A stretch of DNA of 64,000 nucleotides from assembly GCA_964016885.1 (NCBI GenBank), contig OZ024741.1, positions 126,108,001 through 126,172,000 of the forward strand, written 5' to 3'. The stretch is from Eledone cirrhosa (lineage: Eukaryota). The notes beneath the pieces were generated by a model. The model saw nothing but the letters and a program-made list of their open reading frames with translations, did no database searches and was not told the DNA's origin. The position numbers and the translations under genes were made by a program. Shown here piece after piece: positions 43,721 through 55,769 of this stretch (position 1 is its first letter; each line of letters opens with the position of its first letter).

Positions 43721-44142
43721 ACCCATTCGAATATGTATGCAGTGCATGAACGCATGTGAGTATGAAAAATACACATCTATCTATGCTGTGAGCTACAATT
43801 GTTAAATGCATAGGCAGACAATAACCTGATAGAAAATGGTTTGAAGAAGAACCTTGACACGACATGCCAAAAGCCAGCATTATCTGAAAACAAAAGACGC
43901 AGTCAGCTATCAAATTACTATATTATCATTTTTAAAACGAACAAAATAACCGAAATAGTGAAGCTTGTACTACTTAGTAAAAAGATATAAATGAAATAAA
44001 AGTGTGTATTTGTATCTTAGTTTATTTTTACAAACCTAATAGAAATTTAAATATAATACTACTATTATCTTTCTCTTTCTCTCTCTGTATACGTATGTGT
44101 ATATGTATATATACGTGTATATGTGTATATGTGTGTGTGTGC

Positions 44143-44189
<47 letters not shown>

Positions 44190-44755
44190 CAGACTTACCT
44201 TTCACCGTTAGTTAAACACTATATTTAGTGCGATTAGTGCGTATTTTGCATATCTACCTCAGTTATTCAAATAACTAACCAGGTTGAGAGTTCTGGCGTT
44301 TATTCAGTTATTTGAATTTTACCAACAACGGCTGATTTCAACTGCCGTCCTCTTTAGAAGGTCACGAGAGTCTGACACAGTATTAAACTGCTATCAGGAT
44401 CACACTGATGTATCAGTTCGACTCTGGCAGTCCCTCAGATAAAAATCTCCCATTTGGATTAGGACTGAACTCTCGCTGATAAAATGACACATCAGTCTTA
44501 GTTATGTAATAGTTGTACGATTGTATGACTTCTGTGTGTAATACTTGCAGATGAACTCTTGTGCACAGGACGTGGCATGGAAACTATACAGTTCGGGTCT
44601 ATTAATTGTACTGATACTAAGCCGGTTATCTATTAACTAACGGATAGTATTCACTTTGAGTTACAAATTCGTATTTACAAGATAAGAGTTTTTGTAAATT
44701 AATCGAATGATACGATAGCGACTGGGGCTAAACGGATTGTAAACGAATAGCTTTG

Positions 44756-44859
<104 letters not shown>

Positions 44860-44925
44860 TATGTACTTATATTTAAGTAACAGCCGTACTAATGGTGAGA
44901 AATGAAATTTCGTTTCATTTTTTCC

Positions 44926-44972
<47 letters not shown>

Positions 44973-44984
44973 TGTATCTATCTA

Positions 44985-45182
44985 TCTAGGGCGGGTAAAA
45001 TTCCGGAGATCCATGGACGAGTTCTCTCCAGCGGTCTCTGTACCCCATTATCGCTGCCATGTCCTGCGTCTCCAACAGACCAGTGTCTGTCCTTAGGCAT
45101 CAACATATGTTAACCTTGGTCTTCCAGCGTGTCCATGGATGTCGGTGAGCATGTCCAGCTAACCTCAGTCTCCTCTGTGTCA
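44985..45182 (-). pseudogene. RTE-like LINE 3' fragment
   Basis: QRRLRLAGHAHRHP...GRPRLTYVD on the minus strand. Confidence 0.55.
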
Positions 45183-45231
45183 CTTTTATATAAAAAAGAA
45201 AATTTTGCTCTACATGGCTGAATACAATAAA

Positions 45232-45611
45232 TGTAATCTGAGATTTTCGAATATTAATAATTGTTTCTACTTTTGGCACAAGGCCAGTAATTACCCAGTG
45301 CATTACTGGTACTTTATTTTATCGAATATTAATAATAACATTCTATTCGTTTGCAATTATGCAAACAAGCTTCAATTTTATAGCCATGTCGGTAGAATGA
45401 ACACTTCATTCTTGCTCTTGTGTGGGCATGCGAACATAACTGCAGACACTGTTTCTGGGTATCACCCTTCATCAGTAGAACTCACTGTTCACCTGCCAAA
45501 CTGTCAGAGCAAGAATGAAATGTTCATTCTACTGACATGGCTATACAATTGAGGCTTGTTTGCAAAATTGCAAACGAATAGAATTTTATTATTAATATTC
45601 GAAAAACTCAG

Positions 45612-45617
<6 letters not shown>
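45232..45617 (-). mobile_element. Fold-back element with central HHR-like motif, interrupted by a SINE fragment
   Basis: 45323-45418 is inverted at 45507-45602. CUGAUGA A-GGGU-GAU-ACCC-A GAAA CAGUG UC lies at 45441-45479 (-). The SINE piece at 45261-45321 is flanked by duplicated TCGAATATTAATAAT. Confidence 0.6.
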
Positions 45618-45669
<52 letters not shown>

Positions 45670-45708
45670 AATATATACATATATATATATATATACACAT
45701 ATATATAT

Positions 45709-45763
<55 letters not shown>

Positions 45764-45960
45764 CATATATATAGATAATTCAATATATCAACTAACATAA
45801 GCGCACAGATGCACGCCCATGCCAGCAAATACACAGGTTATGTCATAGTACCTAGGTGGTTCAATGCAGGAGAATGCAGAACAATAATATAAAGGACGTA
45901 AAATAAGAAAATATTTTTTTAAAAAAATTTAAAAAAAATTTTTTACTTACTTAAATTTTC

Positions 45961-46042
45961 ACTCCAACTAATTAGTTTCTGCAATGGGATAAAGACAGTT
46001 ACGTAATCCAACTGTCGAGAATTCATTGCGTCATCAGGGAGT
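45961..46042 (-). ncRNA. Type I hammerhead ribozyme, array copy 1 (also 46517-46598 and 47073-47154)
   Basis: Reverse complement of the motif at 47794-47875. Confidence 0.8.
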
Positions 46043-47793
46043 CTATTCTCAGTTAAGTCTCCAGGCAATGCGCGGACAGTGGCGGCTCATATAAAAATAA
46101 TAATAATTCGGTAGATCGAACAGCTTGCGAGGACTGGATTCTATGTACCGAAATTCTCACTGCTTCAAGTCAAATGGCCGATTCTAAAGAATCAATCACG
46201 TGACACAGAGGCTAGTTAGAAGGAATGGGATGGTAAGATGACTGACGCCTACTAACACCCAAAAAAAAAATTTTTAGAAGTGGTTTTGACAAGTTTGCTC
46301 GACAAATCAGTGATTTGGAGATAAATATAGATAATTCAATATATCAACTAACATAAGCGCACAGATGCACGCCCATGCCAGCAAATACACAGGTTATGTC
46401 ATAGTACCTAGGTGGTTCAATGCAGGAGAATGCAGAACAATAATATAAAGGACGTAAAATAAGAAAATATTTTTTTAAAAAAATTTAAAAAAATTTTTTT
46501 ACTTACTTAAATTTTCACTCCAACTAATTAGTTTCTGCAATGGGATAAAGACAGTTACGTAATCCAACTGTCGAGAATTCATTGCGTCATCAGGGAGTTT
46601 ATTCTCAGTTAAGTCTCCAGGCAATGCGCGGACACTGGCGGCTCATATAAAAATAATAATAATTCGGTAGATCGAACAGCTTGCGAGGACTGGATTCTAT
46701 ATACCGAAATTCTCACTGCTTCAAGTCAAATGGCCGATTCTAAAGAATCAATCACGTGACACAGAGGCTAGTTAGAAGGAATGGGATGGTAAGATGACTG
46801 ACGCCTACTAACACCCCAAAAAAAAATTTTTAGAAGTGGTTTTGACAAGTTTGCTCGACAAATCAGTGATTTGGAGATAAATATAGATAATTCAATATAT
46901 CAACTAACATAAGCGCACAGGTGCACGCCCATGCCAGCAAATACACAGGTTATGTCATAGTACCTAGGTGGTTCAATGCAGGAGAATGCAGAACAATAAT
47001 ATAAAGGACGTAAAATAAGAAAATATTTTTTTAAAAAAATTTAAAAAAATTTTTTTACTTACTTAAATTTTCACTCCAACTAATTAGTTTCTGCAATGGG
47101 ATAAAGACAGTTACGTAATCCAACTGTCGAGAATTCATTGCGTCATCAGGGAGTCTATTCTCAGTTAAGTCTCCAGGCAATGCGCGGACACTGGCGGCTC
47201 ATATAAAAATAATAATAATTCGGTAGATCGAACAGCTTGCGAGGACTGGATTCTATGTACCGAAATTCTCACTGCTTCAAGTCAAATGGCCGATTCTAAA
47301 GAATCAATCACGTGACACAGAGGCTAGTTAGAAGGAATGGGATGGTAAGATGACTGACGCCTACTAACACCCAAAAAAAAATTTTTAGAAGTGGTTTTGA
47401 CAAGTTTGCTCGACAAATCAGTGATTTGGAGATAAATATAGATAATTCAATATATCAACTAACATAAGCGCACAGATGCACGCCCATGCCAGCAAATACA
47501 CAGGTTATGTCATAGTACCTAGGTGGTTCAATGTCGAGCAAACTTGTCAAAACCACTTCTAAAAATTTTTTTTTTGGGTGTTAGTAGGCGTCAGTCATCT
47601 TACCATCCCATTCCTTCTAACTAGCCTCTGTGTCACGTGATTGATTCTTTAGAATCGGCCATTTGACTTGAAGCAGTGAGAATTTCGGTACATAGAATCC
47701 AGTCCTCGCAAGCTGTTCGATCTACCGAATTATTATTATTTTTATATGAGCCGCCAGTGTCCGCGCATTGCCTGGAGACTTAACTGAGAATAG

Positions 47794-47875
47794 ACTCCCT
47801 GATGACGCAATGAATTCTCGACAGTTGGATTACGTAACTGTCTTTATCCCATTGCAGAAACTAATTAGTTGGAGT
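47794..47875 (+). ncRNA. Type I hammerhead ribozyme, array copy 4 (also 48349-48430, 48905-48986 and 49462-49543)
   Basis: ACUCC CUGAUGA C-GCAAUG..GACAGUU-loop-AACUGUC..CAUUGC-A GAAA CUAAUUAG UU GGAGU. Stem I is 5 bp, stem II is two-tier, stem III is the palindrome AACUAAUUAGUU, cleavage triplet GUU. Confidence 0.82.
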
Positions 47876-49612
47876 GAAAATTTAAGTAAGTAAAAAATTT
47901 TTTTTAAATTTTTTTAAAAAAATATTTTCTTATTTTACGTCCTTTATATTATTGTTCTGCATTCTCCTGCATTGAACCACCTAGGTACTATGACATAACC
48001 TGTGTATTTGCTGGCATGGGCGTGCATCTGTGCGCTTATGTTAGTTAATATATTGAATTATCTATATTTATCTCCAAATCACTGATTTGTCGAGCAAACT
48101 TGTCAAAACCACTTCTAAAAATTTTTTTTTGGGTGTTAGTAGGCGTCAGTCATCTTACCATCCCATTCCTTCTAACTAGCCTCTGTGTCACGTGATTGAT
48201 TCTTTAGAATCGGCCATTTGACTTGAAGCAGTGAGAATTTCGGTATATAGAATCCAGTCCTCGCAAGCTGTTCGATCTACCGAATTATTATTATTTTTAT
48301 ATGAGCCGCCAGTGTCCGCGCATTGCCTGGAGACTTAACTGAGAATAGACTCCCTGATGACGCAATGAATTCTCGACAGTTGGATTACGTAACTGTCTTT
48401 ATCCCATTGCAGAAACTAATTAGTTGGAGTGAAAATTTAAGTAAGTAAAAAATTTTTTTTAAATTTTTTTAAAAAAATATTTTCTTATTTTACGTCCTTT
48501 ATATTATTGTTCTGCATTCTCCTGCATTGAACCACCTAGGTACTATGACATAACCTGTGTATTTGCTGGCATGGGCGTGCATCTGTGCGCTTATGTTAGT
48601 TGATATATTGAATTATCTATATTTATCTCCAAATCACTGATTTGTCGAGCAAACTTGTCAAAACCACTTCTAAAAATTTTTTTTTTGGGTGTTAGTAGGC
48701 GTCAGTCATCTTACCATCCCATTCCTTCTAACTAGCCTCTGTGTCACGTGATTGATTCTTTAGAATCGGCCATTTGACTTGAAGCAGTGAGAATTTCGGT
48801 ACATAGAATCCAGTCCTCGCAAGCTGTTCGATCTACCGAATTATTATTATTTTTATATGAGCCGCCAGTGTCCGCGCATTGCCTGGAGACTTAACTGAGA
48901 ATAGACTCCCTGATGACGCAATGAATTCTCGACAGTTGGATTACGTAACTGTCTTTATCCCATTGCAGAAACTAATTAGTTGGAGTGAAAATTTAAGTAA
49001 GTAAAAAATTTTTTTAAAATTTTTTTAAAAAAATATTTTCTTATTTTACGTCCTTTATATTATTGTTCTGCATTCTCCTGCATTGAACCACCTAGGTACT
49101 ATGACATAACCTGTGTATTTGCTGGCATGGGCGTGCATCTGTGCGCTTATGTTAGTTGATATATTGAATTATCTATATTTATCTCCAAATCACTGATTTG
49201 TCGAGCAAACTTGTCAAAACCACTTCTAAAAAATTTTTTTTTTGGGTGTTAGTAGGCGTCAGTCATCTTACCATCCCATTCCTTCTAACTAGCCTCTGTG
49301 TCACGTGATTGATTCTTTAGAATCGGCCATTTGACTTGAAGCAGTGAGAATTTCGGTACATAGAATCCAGTCCTCGCAAGCTGTTCGATCTACCGAATTA
49401 TTATTATTTTTATATGAGCCGCCAGTGTCCGCGCATTGCCTGGAGACTTAACTGAGAATAGACTCCCTGATGACGCAATGAATTCTCGACAGTTGGATTA
49501 CGTAACTGTCTTTATCCCATTGCAGAAACTAATTAGTTGGAGTGAAAATTTAAGTAAGTAAAAAATTTTTTTTAAATTTTTAAAAAAAAATATTTTCTTA
49601 TTTTACGTCCTT

Positions 49613-49664
<52 letters not shown>

Positions 49665-49720
49665 TGTATATATATGCATGTATATATGTATATATATATA
49701 TATGTATATATATGTATATA

Positions 49721-49753
<33 letters not shown>

Positions 49754-50582
49754 ATATATATATATATATAATCTGGACTAAACTAAAACTGGAACGAACA
49801 ATGAACCAAAGCCCGATCCCTATGTTCTCTAAAGAGTTACCTCCCTACACCCTACCTAATCCTTTTTCTTATATAAATGAATTACCCTCTCATTTCTCTC
49901 TCCCCTACCCGACCACCCTGAATTACCTCCCCCTGCATATTAACTCTCTAAAAAGGGAAATCATATCAAACCCCAAACTACCATTTGCCTCCATTATGGA
50001 CCAACTTTGCCTTTCATCCTTACGGGGTCGATAAAATAAAGTACCAGTAATGCACTGGGTAATTGCTGGCCTTGTGCTTAACGTAGAAACAATTATAGAC
50101 CAACCAAGCGCTCTTGCCATAATAACACATTTTGAACTGCTTATCCTCAAGAACTATGCCTGTAAATAATATTATGATTTCTTTCCCATTACCTTATCAT
50201 GTTCCACATCTCACCTTTTCTTTTCTTTTTTCTTTTTACTTCAAAAGCCTTCTTTGTAAATAATATTATTCTTTCTTTCCCATTTCCTTAACATGTTCAA
50301 CATCACATTACTTTCTCTCCATCATTTTATACCAATACAAATTCCCCCCTTTGATAATCCATAACATGCTGAAACCGGTAATAGACAATTATTAAATATA
50401 TAAATAAATAAATAAATAAATAAATGCCATTGTTAATTAATAAATAAATTAACTAATACCTTAACACTTCACACAAAGTAAAATATTTTGTTTTAAACAT
50501 TTTCTAACCCAGAAAAAAGAGAAAAATAAAATAAAAGGAAAAAAAAAATGTTTCTTCCTAATAATCATCTTTTTCTCCCTAT

Positions 50583-50614
<32 letters not shown>

Positions 50615-50620
<6 letters not shown>

Positions 50621-51215
50621 GTGGCGACAATGTGCAGACGACTCGCTGGCTGGATCTTGAGGATTTTCCAGACAAGAGACCGAGACACTATGTTGACAGT
50701 ATGGAGGAAATTTGTCCTAAGCCGCCTAGATTATTGCTCCCAGTTGTGGTCACCCCATAGTGTCAAACTAACCACGGAGCTTGAGGCAATCCAGAGGATT
50801 GCGACGATGAAGGAGATAAGCTACTGGGAGAGGCTAAAAGAACTGAACCTCTACTCCTTGGAACCAAGATGGGAGACATACGCAGTGATCTACATGTGGA
50901 AAATTCTGGAGGGACTAGCACCAAACTTTGGCATTGGGAGCTGGACCAACTGTCGAACAGAACGTCACTGTGTGGTGCCAAAGGTCCCGTCTTCCACATC
51001 TAGAATAAGGAGCAGATATTGCAATAGCCTGGGATTCAAGGGCCCTCAACCCTTCAACAAGCTGCCGAGAGATCTGAGAGATCTGCATGGTGTGGAAGTG
51101 GATGTCTTCAAGAAACATCTCGACACCTTGCTATCCAGGATCCCGGATGAGCCCACAGCAAGGCACAAGGGAACCTAAGGGCAGCAGCAACGAACTCCCT
51201 CTTGCACCAGTGGCC
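50615..51215 (+). pseudogene. CR1-like LINE 3' fragment (RT C-terminus)
   Basis: GWILRIFQTRD, RLDYCSQLWSPH, LEAIQR, SYWERLKELNLYSLE, FNKLP, FKKHLD..L..IPDEP. 5'-truncated. Confidence 0.8.
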
Positions 51216-51330
51216 AACCAATAGAGGGTGGAGATAGAATGTGTAGCAACAAGGCCAAAACAATGCAGGTATGGATATAGAATATAAATGCAAATGCATA
51301 AGATATTGTTGACAATTAGTCTTTTACCTT

Positions 51331-51689
51331 AAATTTATTTAAATATCCTTAATTTTCGAGATAATATCTCTTCTTCGGAGGGAAGTAAAGTGGTTAATCC
51401 AGCGTTCTAAATAGCTTGCCAAGTCATGCTGACAGGAAATGGTATAGAGATTCAATTCTATCTCTAATGTCGAAGAGTTAAGATTAGGTGAATAAAGAGT
51501 AGCCTCCCTTTAAAAGGGGTTTTGTACATGTATGTTTAAGTGTGTGGGAGAATACGTGAAGGCGTAAGTATGCGTGTGTGTGAGTATGAGAAGATATGTC
51601 TATACGTAAATGTGGGGGATAGATGCTCTATCATGTTAAAACTGGTCTTTGTGTGTGTATGTGTGTGTGAGAGAGAATAAGTGGAGGTG

Positions 51690-51749
<60 letters not shown>

Positions 51750-54446
51750 GCGTGTTGGCGAGAGGAGGGTGTAAGTGTGGGGCTAGGTGCTCTATCAAGT
51801 TATAAATTTGGTGTTGAGTTCTAGTCTATTATTGATTGGTTGTTGTGTTTTGTCTATAATTAGTGCTTCCTTAATTCTAAGATTGCCGAGGTTTCTTTCC
51901 TTAGTTTCTATCCTAACTGTTATGTTTTTGTCGGTGTTTTTGCATTTCACTAGGTGTTTCTTAAATGAGGAAGCGTTAGTATTGAGGTGTTCTTTTATTC
52001 TTATGTGACGTGGTCTGGTGGTGCTACCTATGTAGAAATTGCTGCATTTGTCGCACTCTAATCTGTATACGACGTAAGCCTGGTGGCATAGGTCTGTGTC
52101 GTTGATGGGGAAGTTGTCTAGCCTGCAGCGGCTGTCATGTCTGGTGGAGTGTTTTTTTGGTTAGCTGTCCACGTAGAGAAGGTCCTGAGTGGGCTAGTTG
52201 GATATCTATTCCCTCTCGTCTGATAGCTCTGCGGATGGCTGTTGTTGTTTCGTCACTGAAGTGTGGGAGCTTCAGGAAGCAGGTGTTAGTGCCGCGGGTG
52301 TGGTGTCCTCCGTTCTTTCTGGCACGGTTCGTGGTGGACGTCGGGTATCCGTTCAGTTTGAGTACTTCCAGGAAATGTGTGGTGTGTGTGTGTCACGGTC
52401 TCTAGCGTCGGTGCATTTGTTCCGGATACGTGTTAGTTCGTTCCTTATGTATCCGAACTTCGCGCTGACTGGGAGGGCCGATCTGAAATATACGAGCAGG
52501 TCCCTGCTGGCGGTTTTTTTTATAGAAGTAGGTGTGGATGTTGCCTTCCTCTGTTACCCTGAGTTGGAAGTCCAGTAGGGATAGGGATCCGCGGTCATCG
52601 GGTGTTCCATGCTGAACTTTATACTGGCGTCCATGCTGGAGAATGTCGTGTATATTTTATCAGCCTCCTCACGGGATAATGTAAGGATGAGTATGTCATC
52701 TACATATCGGATGAAGAAGGTATGGGAATGGCAGGTGTTGAGGGCTCGGCATTCTAGCTGGTTCATATAGGTGATGGCCAGCAGGCCCGATAGGCTGGAT
52801 CCCATGGGTAATCCTGTTGTCTGTCTGTATGTGTGGTGGTGGAAGGTGAAGTACGTGTTGTCCACTGTGAAGGACAAAATCTGGTGTATGTCCGTCGGAT
52901 GGAGACCGTAGCAGTGGATGTCCTCTGCGACCACGCAGTCCGTCAATAAATCGACAGCTGGATGAGCGGGGACTGTAGTGTAGAGGGAGACAACGTCGAG
53001 GCTAAAGGCGTATTTATTTAGTTTAAGTTGTTCTGGCTGGAGTTGGTGTAGTCTACGTATGACTTCGTCGGAGCTACTGACATGCCCGGGAAAGGTGGGG
53101 AGTAGAGGCTCGAGGACCTGAGAGAGGAGCCAGGAGATTTTGTATAGGGGTCCTTCTATGCTAGAGACGATGGGTCTTATTTGTATCTTAGTACTATTCT
53201 TGTGGGTCTCTATCAGGTGATAGAAAGTGGGCAGTCTGCTATTTCTAGTGGTGTAGTTGAGTTTAACTTTATTTGGGAGTTGTCTTCTCCTACAGATGTC
53301 GAACCAGATGGAGTTGGCCTGTTTCTCGATCTGGGCTGCAGTCATGTCCGGGATCTCTGTATATAGTTCGTTGTCGCTTAGGTGTTCAAAGGCTAGGTTG
53401 TTGTATGTGGCTTGAGAGATGACACAAAACTCTTTACCTATATATAAGTTCCCTATTCCGCAGGTTCTTCAGGGCGAGTTGTTGTGTCCTGGAGAGGTTT
53501 GGGGCTATCTTCTTCTGTTTCTGTAAGATGTTAAATACGGAATGTTTTAGCCTCGAGAGTTTTTCTTCAAGCTCGCGGTTGGCAGGCGGTGGCCAGAGTG
53601 GGCGATCCAGTTGGTATATCGGGTATCTGTGTTTGTTAGATTCCGTGGTGTTGTTGTCGAGAGTCGATATCCATTTTAGTTGGTAGGTGGCCCGACAGAA
53701 ATTCGTTTCTATGTAGAGCCATAATTTGTCGTCCAGTCTCTGTTTCAATATGAACTTGGGACCCAGGCTGAGGAGGTCTAATTCCTCTCGGGAGAGGGAT
53801 CCTGTCAAGTCTGTGACGAGGTGTTTTGCGTCAGGTGTGTTGTCGGTCGGGGCGCCGCTAGGTTCCGTGTTGGTACCGTCTTGTTCGTCTCTGTTGGTGC
53901 TTAGAGTTGGGTTGTTGTTAAGACGGTTAGCCGTGCTGAGTTTGAGAAATTTTTGCGTCAGGCGTATTTTCTCGTAGACTCGGCGATGGTGGTATGACCT
54001 GTCTATAGCGGCGGAGATAACTCTGGGAAGAGGTTCTGGGGTTTCAGCGAGTTGTGGTACAAGGCTGGAAATAGTCCGTATGTGTTGTTGTAGCGTGCGG
54101 TGTAGGTGTTGTATGAGTTTTCTTAGGCAGAATGTTTGTATGTAGCTAAGTGATCGTTTGAGGCCTGGTGTTTTGAAGCATGTTGGTAGGTGCAAGTATT
54201 TGATAGTTATTGGAATGATGTTGTTATTCAGGCATCGTTTGAGGAAGTTTATTTGGCGCGCTTTTCAGATAGCTGGAAGAGTTTCTTTACAGTTTCTTTC
54301 ACTCTTTGACATTAGAGATAGAATGGAATCTCTACACCATTTCCTGTCTGCATGACTTGGTAAGCTATTTAGAACGCTGGATTAACCACTTTATTTCTCT
54401 CCGAAGAAGAGATATTATCTCGAAAATTAAGGATATTTAAATAAAA
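51331..54446 (-). mobile_element. Penelope-like element, near full length, frameshifted, with ~145-bp inverted termini
   Basis: ORF pieces with LSLGPKF, IRPIVS, SLDVVSLYT, GLPMGSSLS and RYVDD. GIY-YIG (VVYRLEC..C..FYIGST...RIKEH) near 51990-52090. 51335-51478 is inverted at 54301-54444. Confidence 0.9.
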
Positions 54447-54469
54447 ACATCGAGGTTAATCAGTGATAA

Positions 54470-55163
54470 GTCAGCTAATTACTATAACCACAGTAAGTAA
54501 GCTAATTACTATAATTTTCTTATTTTACGTTTTTCATATAATTGTTTTGCATCCCCTTGCATTGAACCACAAAGTTACTAAGATAAAACCTATATATTTG
54601 CTTGCATGGGTATACATCTGTATATATATGTTGGTAGATATACTAATTCTTTATAATTATCTCCAAATTATTTTGTTGAGCAAAAATTTGCCAAAATTAC
54701 TACTATAGTTCATAGCAACAGCTTAGCTACTGTCTTTTTAACACCCACTCCTCACTGATTAACCTCGATGTCACGTGATTGATTCTTTTGAATTTGCCAC
54801 CGAACAAGAAGGCAGTGATTTTTTCAGTGTCCTGGAATTTAGTCCCCGCTTGCTCTTTTCCATCCACTGAATATTTTTGTATAAGTTCCCTGTGTCCACG
54901 CATTGCCAGGTATCTTAGCTGAGAATGACTCCCTGATGACAAAAAGGTTTCTCCATGCTCTCCATGTATATTCCTTTCAGAAACTAATTAGTTGGAGTGA
55001 AATTTAAGTAAGTAAGCTAATTACTATAATTTTCTTATTTTACGTTTTTCATATAATTGTTCTGCATCCCCTTGCATTGAACCACAAAGTTACTAAGACA
55101 AAACCTATATATTTGGTTGCATGGGTATACATCTGTATATATATGTTGGTAGATATACTAATT

Positions 55164-55170
<7 letters not shown>
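54470..55170 (+). mobile_element. ~1.3 copies of a 515-bp unit homologous to the 556-bp HHR unit
   Basis: AGTAAGTAAGCTAA recurs at 54492 and 55007. Collinear with the array unit (TGCATTGAACCAC, TGTCACGTGATTGATTC, GCATTGCC.GG, CTGAGAAT). Confidence 0.85.
54928..54998 (+). ncRNA. Type I hammerhead ribozyme, diverged relative of the array HHR
   Basis: ACUCC CUGAUGA CAA-AAAGG...CCUUU-CA GAAA CUAAUUAG UU GGAGU. Confidence 0.78.
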
Positions 55171-55246
<76 letters not shown>

Positions 55247-55501
55247 AAAGAATAGAGATGTAACACACAAGTTATTATATATTGGTAAACGGAATAGAAA
55301 ATGCTGACAAATTGTTCACAGTTGAAAAATGGTTTAATTAGGAATAAAAGAGTATTAGTGATTGTATGGGTTAGTATTCAGTTGTGGTTTTAAGTTTTTA
55401 AGTTTTTACCGGTTGCGCATTTCTAAATGCTTTTCAAAAATAATTTTGAGATAGAGTGTCCGTGTTGTTTGCTCTGATCTGATTAGTTTTGGGAATTCTA
55501 C

Positions 55502-55759
55502 CTGTTTTTATGTTAAAAAAGTGGCTCCAGCGTTACTTTGGTGTTGCAAAAATTCTTGTGGTCAAAACAATTTTGATTGGTCGGTAGAGGTCATGTGAAT
55601 GTAAAAAATTGATTTTGCGCCAAGACTGTTTTTATGTTAAAAAAGTGGCTCCAGCGCTATTTTGTGTTTGCAAAAATTCTTGTGGTCAAAACAATTTTGA
55701 TTGGTCGGTAGAGGTCATGTGAATACCGACCAATCAAAATTGTTTTGACCACAAGAATT
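55502..55759. repeat. ~124-bp direct repeat followed by a 36-bp inverted piece
   Basis: 55502-55600 is repeated at 55626-55723. TACCGACCAATC...CAAGAATT (55724-55759) is its reverse complement. Confidence 0.8.
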
Positions 55760-55769
55760 GTTTTGACCA

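Larger units (their letters stand above)
45771..49617. mobile_element. Head-to-head tandem array of a 556-bp non-coding HHR-containing unit (retrozyme-like)
   Basis: Unit starts at 45771, 46327, 46883 and 47438, an inversion occurs at 47532-47533, then starts at 47532, 48088, 48643 and 49199. Units are nearly identical, have no ORF and are flanked by (TA)n. Confidence 0.9.

Noticed and set aside
45771-49617. CRISPR array or plain satellite interpretation of the 556-bp repeat
   Set aside because: There are no unique spacers or cas genes and the context is eukaryotic. The HHR and the inversion argue against an ordinary satellite.
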